Virus record (IMG/VR): IMGVR_UViG_3300025251_000012
Span: 1-64,000 of that record
Reading direction: 5' to 3' (one strand)
Length of the DNA: 64,000 nt
DNA from: a virus
Lineage: Duplodnaviria; Caudoviricetes
The position numbers and the translations under genes were made by a program. The notes beneath the pieces were generated by a model. The model saw only the letters and a program-made list of their open reading frames with translations. It had not been told where the DNA came from and made no database searches. Positions 1 to 7,881 of the stretch are shown here, piece by piece (within the stretch, counting starts at the first letter, position 1; every line of letters starts with the position of its first letter).

Positions 1-117
1 GGTCTAGACTATGAAGGGGGGAGGGGGGGACTCCGGGAGCACCTCGCACCTTGTGTAGTTACCTACCTCTCGCATTTTTATAATTTGTCAAGTCACCCTG
101 TAACGGTTTTGTAAGCT

Positions 118-1677
118 ATGAGTGGTACAAATGTGCAAAAACGCGCGCTGCGTGCGAGGGCCGAGGGTCTTCGCATAGAGTTAGCGCGTAGAGATCCAGA
201 CGTATTCATGTCTATGGTGCTCCGCGATGAGGAAACCAGCAAAACGGTTACCCAAGGCCCTTATCATTCCGAATGGCAGAAGCTTCTTACAGACCATAAA
301 CGTTTAATCATTTGGAGCCACGTCGAATCTGGCAAAACGCAGCAGCTTTCAATTGGTCGTGTCATATGGGAACTGGGTAGAGACCCCTCTTTGCGTGTAG
401 TGGTTGTATCGAACACGGGTATGCAGGCTCAGAAGCTTGTTAAGGCCGTAGGCACTTACATTGACGAGAATGAGGCCCTACATAAAATTTTTCCAGGCCT
501 TACGCGCGGTGGTACGTGGACAGGAGACAGTATTACCGTCAAAAGGGACACCCCTGCGAAGGATCCAAGTCTACAAGCGTTAGGTATGCACGGTAATATC
601 CTGGGTGCTCGTATAGATCTGCTGATATTGGACGATATTCTAGACTATGAGAACACTCGAACGGACTATCAACGCCGGGAAGCCCAGAGATGGGTAGAGT
701 CTACACTTTTTGGCCGTTTAACCCGTAGGGCTCGTTGCATTTTCGTAGGCAACGCGTGGCATCGTGAGGACATGATGCACAATTTAGCGGTTCGCCCGGG
801 TTGGAAGGGGTTCAAGTTCCCGGTTGAGACCGACGGCATACCGGTTTGGCCCGATAGATGGCCCGTTGACCGGCTAATAGACAAGCGTGAAGAGTTAGGA
901 CCATTAGAATTTGCACGACAGATGATGTGCGAGGCTCGTGCAGAGGGTCAGAGCCGGTTTAGGCTCGCAGATATAGACCTGTGCAAGATGAAAGGCCGTG
1001 GAAAGAAGCCTTTGCCCTTTCTTAGCGAGGTTCCGCCTGGGTGCTCAACGTTTACAGGCGTAGATTTGGCTATTAGCCGCAAGAAGGGCGCTTCTAAAAC
1101 AGTATTCTTTACATTGCTGATGCACTCCGATGGTACGCGCGAAGTTATAAACGTAGAAGCGGGGCGTTGGACGGCTTCTGAGATTTTAGCTCGTCTTGAG
1201 AATATTCATAAGAGATTTAAGTCTAGACTTGTGGTAGAAAATAACGCAGCACAAGATTTTTTAGTACAGCTTGCAACGGATAAACAGTTGCCCATAACGC
1301 CGCATACAACAGGCCGAAATAAGACACACCCTACCTATGGTGTGGAGTCTTTATCTGCGGAGATGTCGCGGGGGCAATGGATCATCCCGTGTGAGATTAC
1401 TGGCGAGTGCGAGAAAGAAATCCAGGAATGGATTGACCAGATGTTGTATTACGACCCCGCTAGTCACACAGGAGACCATTTAATGGCCTCTTGGATTGCC
1501 CGGGAAGGTAGTCGTAAAGGAACCTTCGCTCATAGAGTCGCGTTCGGCGGTGTTGGCACCCCCGGACCACTACCGGCAGAGGAAAAGCACGCTTATTTAC
1601 ATGCTGATAACCACCCTGATAGGGTTGCAGACAAACTTTGGGATGAACTTTATTCTACTCTAGATTTTGACGCATAA
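118..1677 (+). CDS. terL: Terminase large subunit
   Basis: Walker A HVESGKT, Walker B LLILDD, coupling motif VGNAW, RNase H-like nuclease FTGVDLA, VVENNAAQ and terminal GDHLMASW. Confidence 0.95.
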   Translation: MSGTNVQKRALRARAEGLRIELARRDPDVFMSMVLRDEETSKTVTQGPYHSEWQKLLTDHKRLIIWSHVESGKTQQLSIGRVIWELGRDPSLRVVVVSNTGMQAQKLVKAVGTYIDENEALHKIFPGLTRGGTWTGDSITVKRDTPAKDPSLQALGMHGNILGARIDLLILDDILDYENTRTDYQRREAQRWVESTLFGRLTRRARCIFVGNAWHREDMMHNLAVRPGWKGFKFPVETDGIPVWPDRWPVDRLIDKREELGPLEFARQMMCEARAEGQSRFRLADIDLCKMKGRGKKPLPFLSEVPPGCSTFTGVDLAISRKKGASKTVFFTLLMHSDGTREVINVEAGRWTASEILARLENIHKRFKSRLVVENNAAQDFLVQLATDKQLPITPHTTGRNKTHPTYGVESLSAEMSRGQWIIPCEITGECEKEIQEWIDQMLYYDPASHTGDHLMASWIAREGSRKGTFAHRVAFGGVGTPGPLPAEEKHAYLHADNHPDRVADKLWDELYSTLDFDA

Positions 1678-1753
1678 CTTATATGTTTCAAATACATTGT
1701 GCGCTACTATGCCTTTGACGTAGCGTCAGACACTCGTAGGGAGGTCCAATTAA

Positions 1754-2266
1754 ATGGCAATTTCAATATCGCACGGCACGAAAGGCCCGTTTTCACCGAC
1801 GTTATCGTCGGCAGGCGGGACTGGCACACTCTTACTAAATAGAGATCTGCTTAAACATAATCTTGAGACACCTTACACACGCCACGCCATCCAAATTTTT
1901 GGGTGGAACACGGACGCAGACGGGGCTGGCGGCGGCGATCTGCTTTGCGACGTCTTTGTTCTTGGGCCTGCGGGCGCAGTTCCCACAGGCGACGATGGGT
2001 TCCAGCAGATTGGCACGCTCAAATCTACGGCTGGGGACGAGGGTAGCCCTGTTAGCGGGTCTCATACGATTATTTTGGAGTCCGCTTCTCAAGGGCTCAT
2101 CATTGAATCTGTTGCAGGCGGCGGGTTTACTACGGTTCGATACCCAACCCCACAGATGAAGTTGGTGTTTAGACACGAAGGTGGGGCTTGGTCTGGGGTT
2201 ACCGCCGGTAACCAAGGGAATGTTGCCGTATACGTTAAGTCTATCCAAACGCTTGCGACACAGTAA
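1754..2266 (+). CDS. Hypothetical beta-rich protein, possibly virion structural
   Basis: 170 aa ORF with GGGAGG RBS; stop overlaps the next start (TAATG). Confidence 0.7.
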   Translation: MAISISHGTKGPFSPTLSSAGGTGTLLLNRDLLKHNLETPYTRHAIQIFGWNTDADGAGGGDLLCDVFVLGPAGAVPTGDDGFQQIGTLKSTAGDEGSPVSGSHTIILESASQGLIIESVAGGGFTTVRYPTPQMKLVFRHEGGAWSGVTAGNQGNVAVYVKSIQTLATQ

Positions 2267-3240
2267 TGCTTGAAGGTAGGAATAAAGAATCAGCTTCTAC
2301 GCTGGGCTGGCGTCCCGACTGGTTTGGACTTCCTGATAATGCTTGGGGCGTAGAGTTAACCTCCGCTATAAAGCAGTTTCAGAGGGAATGGTGTCTTGTT
2401 GATGACGGGTTTTGCGGGAGCATGACGTTCCTCCGACTGCTGCTCTTTCATGAAACCGATATTTGTGAAGACCAGCCGGTTCAACAGGACATCTTTCCCG
2501 ATGAATTAGAACAAGAGCCATCTGAGCACATCTTAGTTGGCGGTGAACGGGTTCCTATTAAATGGGCCACCGTTCTAACCCCAGATGAGCCGGGTGCCCT
2601 GAAACTTACAAAAGGCTTTTCTAAGCGTAAGCGAACTGGGAAGGGTGTCGTAGTACATTGGCCAGTTACGTATTCACCGCAGGCCACTATAAAAGTTTTA
2701 AACTCTCGTAAGGTGGGCACCCACTTTGAGATAGGGCCACCCATAGGCGAAGACGCTGTAGTTACCATCTACCAGTACTGCGACGTTTCTTATCGCGCAT
2801 ATCACGCTGTAAAGTGTAACGATTTCGTAGGCGTTGACATTTCTTCTCCTGTGTACGCTAAAAGCTCCGTACTAAACCGCCTTAAAAAGTTAGGACATTC
2901 AGACAGACCAACGTTGGCTGGGTATAAGATAAATGGTTGGACAGCGCCGGATATCGTTGGCTATCACGAGAATCAATTAAAGGCTCTTTATGCCCTTTTA
3001 GCTGCGTTGCACACACATGCTGGGATTGTACTTGAGGCCCCCGCCTACACAGGCGATCCAAAAAACATAAAACGTGCGCCAACGTGGGCTTTTATAAAAG
3101 ACAATCCCGGTGTATACCACCATGCAGAAGTAGACCTTCCACGACGTAGAAAAGACGGGAAGCTTAGAGCTTCCGGCAAGTGGGACACCGCTGGGGTAGA
3201 TTTAAAACTGGCTTGCGAAGAAGCGAAAACTCTTATTTAG
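2266..3240 (+). CDS. Endolysin: N-terminal peptidoglycan-binding domain plus Amidase_2-type N-acetylmuramoyl-L-alanine amidase
   Basis: AIKQFQ..W.LVDDGFCG..T PG-binding signature; VVVHW, GTHFEI, RAYHA, VYHHAEV and KWDTAG (candidate Zn ligands H/H/D). Confidence 0.82.
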   Translation: MLEGRNKESASTLGWRPDWFGLPDNAWGVELTSAIKQFQREWCLVDDGFCGSMTFLRLLLFHETDICEDQPVQQDIFPDELEQEPSEHILVGGERVPIKWATVLTPDEPGALKLTKGFSKRKRTGKGVVVHWPVTYSPQATIKVLNSRKVGTHFEIGPPIGEDAVVTIYQYCDVSYRAYHAVKCNDFVGVDISSPVYAKSSVLNRLKKLGHSDRPTLAGYKINGWTAPDIVGYHENQLKALYALLAALHTHAGIVLEAPAYTGDPKNIKRAPTWAFIKDNPGVYHHAEVDLPRRRKDGKLRASGKWDTAGVDLKLACEEAKTLI

Positions 3241-3251
3241 GGGTTAATTAT

Positions 3252-3521
3252 ATGGACTACTCCAGCCTTGTGTTTAACCTTGTTGCGTTGATTACGTCCA
3301 TTATGGCCGGTGTTTGGTTTTTAAGTACTCGTTTGGAGCGAGTTAGATTGCAGATTTTAGGACAGACACAAACTTTTACAGAAAAGTTTAAACATATAGA
3401 AACAGAAATAACCCGCTTACGTGAAGCCGTGGACGAAGAACGCGACCGGCGCGCAGAAATATGGCATGAAGTAAATTCATTACGTGAGCGCATTGTAAAA
3501 ATGGAAGTTAGGAGTTCTTAA
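3252..3521 (+). CDS. Small membrane protein (one TM helix plus coiled coil), holin/antiholin-like
   Basis: Start reassigned to ATG 3252 (MDYSSLVFNLVALITSIMAGVWFL); hydrophobic N-terminus then heptad-like region; lies next to the endolysin. Confidence 0.6.
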   Translation: MDYSSLVFNLVALITSIMAGVWFLSTRLERVRLQILGQTQTFTEKFKHIETEITRLREAVDEERDRRAEIWHEVNSLRERIVKMEVRSS

Positions 3522-3523
3522 TC

Positions 3524-3823
3524 ATGTTTGAATTACCAGAAAGTATTATGGAAGTGCCCGCATTGGGCAGTATTGTTATTATTGTGTGCGTTTGTGCACT
3601 TGCATCATACAGTTTGACTTGGTTATTGCGCGGTTTAGTCCCCTTCGCCAAACAGTGGCATTGGAAATTGCGCTTGGCCGCCGTGTTATCGGGAACATTA
3701 GTAGGCTTGATGGTTGCCGGTTACCCGTGGGGCATTGCTACAGGCCTTGCTTCGGGCGGGCTGACCACAAGTGTTGTAGCATTTGTTAAGAACAGACTTA
3801 AAAAGTCCTCGAAAGAGGGGTAG
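3524..3823 (+). CDS. Putative holin (about 3 TM segments, basic C-terminus)
   Basis: 99 aa, three hydrophobic stretches, C-terminal KNRLKKSSKEG; lysis-cassette context. Confidence 0.65.
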   Translation: MFELPESIMEVPALGSIVIIVCVCALASYSLTWLLRGLVPFAKQWHWKLRLAAVLSGTLVGLMVAGYPWGIATGLASGGLTTSVVAFVKNRLKKSSKEG

Positions 3824-3825
3824 TA

Positions 3826-4200
3826 ATGCTTGGCGAGCTTGGATTATCAGAGTGGGTTTTAGGCGGTGCCGGTATTCTTGCTATCATCGCTGCGGTGGCT
3901 ATTCGGGCGTTCAAATCTGAGCGCGCAAAGCGTAAAGTAGCCGAGAAAACCGCTCATATACAGGCTGGCAAAGCAGAGGTGGAGGCAGAGGCTTCTAAGG
4001 GGCGTATTGAAGTTCTAGACGCTAAGAATGCGGCTTTAGAGAAAGCCGAGGACGACGCCGATAAAAAGAAAGCCGAATTAAAAGAAGTTGAGCGTGGGAT
4101 AATTAACTCATCTTTAAAAGGACTTGCGGCTAAATGGAATAAGCACTTTAGCCGCAATAAGTCTGTCGAGGATTCTAATGATGAGGCATCTACTAATTAA
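3826..4200 (+). CDS. N-terminally anchored coiled-coil protein (i-spanin-like)
   Basis: TM WVLGGAGILAIIAAVAI followed by a charged coiled coil; follows the putative holin. Confidence 0.5.
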   Translation: MLGELGLSEWVLGGAGILAIIAAVAIRAFKSERAKRKVAEKTAHIQAGKAEVEAEASKGRIEVLDAKNAALEKAEDDADKKKAELKEVERGIINSSLKGLAAKWNKHFSRNKSVEDSNDEASTN

Positions 4201-4627
4201 AGCAGTTGCTTTTATGGTAGCAACGGCGCTCGTTCTAGGACCGCATATGGTCCTTGCTAACCCACCTTGTGAGGCTGCGTCCTCTTTACAAAAAGGCATG
4301 GAAGCTCCGTGCACGGGTCTTTTGCTGCCAGAGCCTCAAGCTCGCCAAGCGCTGCTTTGTTTAAGTGTAGACTTGCCGAAATTGCATATTGAGTTCGACA
4401 AGTTGAAATTAAAACTTTCTGTTGAAACACAGAGCTTTAAAGAGCTTGTTGCCGTTGAGCGTACTCGCGCAAATAAGCTACAGGCTCTTTTAGATGAAGC
4501 GATTACAATCCCTAAACTAGAAGTTGCGTGGTATGAAAGTCCATACTTTTGGGGCGTTGTGGGCGTTGTTGTTGGAAGCGCTTTAACGTTTGGCGCTGTA
4601 TATGCTGCTACGGAGTTAGGCAAATGA
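4178..4627 (+). CDS. Secreted coiled-coil protein with C-terminal TM helix (spanin-like partner)
   Basis: Start reassigned to ATG 4178 after GAGGA; signal peptide ending VLA-NPP, two Cys, coiled coil, C-terminal FWGVVGVVVGSALTFGAVY; no lipobox. Confidence 0.5.
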   Translation: MMRHLLIKAVAFMVATALVLGPHMVLANPPCEAASSLQKGMEAPCTGLLLPEPQARQALLCLSVDLPKLHIEFDKLKLKLSVETQSFKELVAVERTRANKLQALLDEAITIPKLEVAWYESPYFWGVVGVVVGSALTFGAVYAATELGK

Positions 4628-6324
4628 GTTGGTTACGTAAAATAATTGGCGCTCCGGCAAACACTTCTTCAGATTTAGAAAAATCGCACAAGGGTAAAAC
4701 GCCGCAACCCAAAAGCTGGCAGATTAATCCTGAAGATATCAACTACAGCGTACAGCCAGGATCCCCCGGTAGCCAGGTTCTCACAGAGACACATCCCGGT
4801 ACGATGGGCATGGACTACAGCGCGCTTATGGCGGTGTCGCGTGTTCCAGTTATCGGGGCTATTATACAAACACGTATTCAACAAGTAGCAGAGTTCTGTG
4901 TTCCGCAACCGGATAGATATTCTGTTGGCTATCGTATTAGACTGCGAGATCCAAAAAAGAAAATGACGCGTGCTGCTGAAAGAGAAGCGCACGACATATC
5001 ACGCATGATCGAAGAAGCTGGCGGCCATTTTGGTTACGGCGCTTTCGAGCCTACTATGCGGGCTTTAATGCGGGATTCGCTCGTTTATGATCAATGTAAC
5101 TTTGAAGTTATTCGAGAGCGCGGCGGCAAAGTATGGGGGTTTGTGCCTGTAGATGCCATGACAATACGTAGAGCCGTGCTTAACGACAAAGAGAAGGCAC
5201 AAGGGCGCATTGATTTTGACCACCCCCGGTATGTGCAAGTAGTAAATAACAAGGTTCAAAACGAGTACAAGCTAGATGAGATGGCTTGGGGCGTTAGGAG
5301 GCCAAGGACATGGCTAGGGGCTTCTGGCTACGGTTACCCAGAAATTGAGGAATTGGTTCGTGTCATAACAGACCTACTGAATGCCCAAACGTGGAATAGT
5401 GTAAACTTTACGAACGGTATAAATACCTCAACAATTTTAGCGCTCAAAAGTTCCATGACTGCCGATGTATTTAGAGCTTTTCAACGGCACGTAACATCTA
5501 TGATGGCTGGTGTTAGGAATAGAAGCCGTATTCCCATTGTGCAGTTGAATCCAGATCTTAACGAAGATATCCGCACAGTTGATTTGTCACAAAGCGCAAA
5601 AGACATGGAGTATATGCAGTGGATTGGGTTTTTAGTTAAGATTGTTTGCGCTGTATACCTAATGGACCCGGCCGAACTTGGCTTTGTGTTTGGTACGGAG
5701 GGGCAATCAAATAGCCTCGTAGCACAAGGCCCCACAGAGCGCATTATCGCTTCAAAAGAGCGCGGACTTAGGCCCTTACTACGCGCCGTTGAATCGTGGA
5801 TGAATCGCTATGTAATTTACGCGTACAACGACGATTTTTCGTTGGACTTCGTTGGTTTAGACACAATGACAGAGGAAAAGCGTACCCAGCTAGACCTTAC
5901 GTCTTTGCGCGGTTTTAGAACAGTCAATGAGGTGCGCACAGAGCACGATTTGCCTAAGTTAGACTCTCCTGTGGCGGACATGATTCTTGACCCCACATAT
6001 ATACAGCAAGTCACAGCCTTGTTGCAGCAAGAGCAGCAAGAAGAAATGGGCGGCATGCCTGGTGCCGAACCAGGGCAAGAAGAGGGCGGTGGCTTACCCG
6101 AAGGTATGGATGAAGCCCAAGAAGGGGATACCTATGCCGACTACCCTGGTATGGGCGAACCTATGTTTGGTAATAACATAGATGAAGTTACCCAAGCAGC
6201 AGCGGGGGCTACTGAAAAAGCCATTAAAGACGGCCGCATTTCTGTGGAAGGAACTCTTACAGGTAAGCGCAGGACAGTTTTTACTAAAGCTGGTGTACGG
6301 GCCTACATTATTGAGGTGGACTAG
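4624..6324 (+). CDS. Portal protein
   Basis: Start reassigned to ATG 4624 (ATGA overlap); DSLVYDQCNFE, GYGYPEIE, N.F.NG, SKERGLRPLL, TVNEVR motifs of SPO1/Twort-type portals; acidic C-terminal tail. Confidence 0.92.
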   Translation: MSWLRKIIGAPANTSSDLEKSHKGKTPQPKSWQINPEDINYSVQPGSPGSQVLTETHPGTMGMDYSALMAVSRVPVIGAIIQTRIQQVAEFCVPQPDRYSVGYRIRLRDPKKKMTRAAEREAHDISRMIEEAGGHFGYGAFEPTMRALMRDSLVYDQCNFEVIRERGGKVWGFVPVDAMTIRRAVLNDKEKAQGRIDFDHPRYVQVVNNKVQNEYKLDEMAWGVRRPRTWLGASGYGYPEIEELVRVITDLLNAQTWNSVNFTNGINTSTILALKSSMTADVFRAFQRHVTSMMAGVRNRSRIPIVQLNPDLNEDIRTVDLSQSAKDMEYMQWIGFLVKIVCAVYLMDPAELGFVFGTEGQSNSLVAQGPTERIIASKERGLRPLLRAVESWMNRYVIYAYNDDFSLDFVGLDTMTEEKRTQLDLTSLRGFRTVNEVRTEHDLPKLDSPVADMILDPTYIQQVTALLQQEQQEEMGGMPGAEPGQEEGGGLPEGMDEAQEGDTYADYPGMGEPMFGNNIDEVTQAAAGATEKAIKDGRISVEGTLTGKRRTVFTKAGVRAYIIEVD

Positions 6325-6584
6325 TGAAAATTGTAGTCCAAGAATCCCATTTAGGCGAGTTTGAAACCACCACGGAAGATGAGTTTGCTCGTAAACTTGA
6401 GCGCGGTATTGATGCTCTAAGGCATAGTTGCGGTTCCTCGTCTATTAGTAAAGCAACCCCGAAATTTTTTGGTGAAGTCGTGGTTATTGACAACCTGGCC
6501 CAAATTTTGGCGGGGGCATTTGAGGCCAGATTGACGGCCATGAAAAAAGATATAGTAAAAGCTGTAAAGGATGGCGGTATTTGA
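6324..6584 (+). CDS. Small head-region protein
   Basis: 86 aa ORF coupled to both neighbours; contains ISKA and IVKA motifs. Confidence 0.65.
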   Translation: MKIVVQESHLGEFETTTEDEFARKLERGIDALRHSCGSSSISKATPKFFGEVVVIDNLAQILAGAFEARLTAMKKDIVKAVKDGGI

Positions 6585-7705
6585 GCCTTTCAGACGCCAT
6601 AAACGCGGCTACACGCGCAGTTGCAGAAGCTTTAGAAGCTTTTGGGCATAAGTATTGGGATATTGTAGTTCCCAACATGCGCAACACTGTAGACCCGTAC
6701 TCTTTTGCAATGATCGTGTCTTCTATAATGTCAGAAGAAACAAACCCGGCCACTAGGGCCGCCATGCGAGATTACTCGTTTGATAAGTGGGTTGTTTTAG
6801 TAGATGACGCTGTAGATAGACGCCGTATAACACCAGAACCTGTACAACCTCCACACCCTCCGTCCATCAAAAAACCCACCCCACCTACTACTCGGTCTGG
6901 TGTAGTAGTTGGTGGTCCTACCCACACTACCGTAGGTGGACCCCCTATAGGGGGTCCACCTATACCCACGGCAGCTATAGGTAGTATTTCGCCCGGTGGA
7001 GCGGCTACGCCGCCAATACCCGCGCCGCCAACGTGGTTATTTACACGAGAACGGGAGGCTTGGATTCAAGCACGGGTTAGAGGTGCTGAATACGTGCGGG
7101 GATTAGGCAATTATTTAGACCATAGCGTCAAGAAATTAGTGACGGAATCTTGGAGTGGCGAGGACATAGTTGCCGAAGCCGACCAGGATTTGCGTTATGG
7201 CGCTAGAGAGTTGGTTCGCGTGGAAACAGCGGACGCTTTGGCACATGGCCGCAGTGCTAGGGAGTTAGCCCGTAAGCTTAGAAATGCCACGGAAGACTGG
7301 TCTAGGGACTGGGAACGCATAGCCAGGACAGAACTACAGGGGGCGTATAACGAGGGCCAGGTAATTACGGCCGTAAGAAACGATGGTGTTAAAGCCCGTA
7401 TAGCGCGCGTCCCAGAATCTGATGCTTGCATTCATTGTCAGCGCCTATTTTTAGATGCAGATGGACGTCCAAAGATATTTACTGCCGAGGCTTTGGCGAA
7501 TAACGGTACTAACGTGGGTAGAAAAGCATTTGCGTGGTTACCCACAGTATGGCCGGTGCATCCGAACTGCCGCTGTGATGTGCAGCATGTACCAGAAGGT
7601 TTAGACTTTGATAATAGGTGGCTTTTAACTACTGAGGCAGAGGCGGCCCGTTCGGTGGGCGCAGAGCCCGAAGGTTTGGACATTTTAGGCGTGGAGGTTG
7701 CGTAG
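6581..7705 (+). CDS. MuF / SPP1 gp7-like minor head protein with a Pro-rich linker
   Basis: RIARTE..GAYNEG, CxxC (ACIHC) and HPNCRC signature; directly downstream of portal. Confidence 0.88.
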   Translation: MSLSDAINAATRAVAEALEAFGHKYWDIVVPNMRNTVDPYSFAMIVSSIMSEETNPATRAAMRDYSFDKWVVLVDDAVDRRRITPEPVQPPHPPSIKKPTPPTTRSGVVVGGPTHTTVGGPPIGGPPIPTAAIGSISPGGAATPPIPAPPTWLFTREREAWIQARVRGAEYVRGLGNYLDHSVKKLVTESWSGEDIVAEADQDLRYGARELVRVETADALAHGRSARELARKLRNATEDWSRDWERIARTELQGAYNEGQVITAVRNDGVKARIARVPESDACIHCQRLFLDADGRPKIFTAEALANNGTNVGRKAFAWLPTVWPVHPNCRCDVQHVPEGLDFDNRWLLTTEAEAARSVGAEPEGLDILGVEVA

Positions 7706-7881
7706 TGGCTACTAAGAAGAAAGTTTCCGATGGGGCCAATATCGGCAAGGGTCTTACGACCCAGACAGTCATACCTATGTACTGGACTTTGACAAAAAGC
7801 CAAAAGGCCGATGTTGATAAGGCCATTGGGCGTTTTAGTAAGGCTATTAAAGAGGGCCGGGAGCCTAAGATCGATGAATAA
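7705..7881 (+). CDS. Small basic protein (58 aa, not in the ORF track)
   Basis: GTG overlaps the MuF stop (TAGTG); MATKKKVSDGANIGKGLTTQ...EPKIDE; its end overlaps the start of the helicase gene. Confidence 0.6.
   Translation: MATKKKVSDGANIGKGLTTQTVIPMYWTLTKSQKADVDKAIGRFSKAIKEGREPKIDE

Noticed and set aside
4549-4623. ORF-track N-terminal extensions (4549 portal; also 3180, 4124, 7811, 11881, 15441)
   Set aside because: They overlap upstream genes or a terminator and lack an RBS; downstream starts have better SD or coupling
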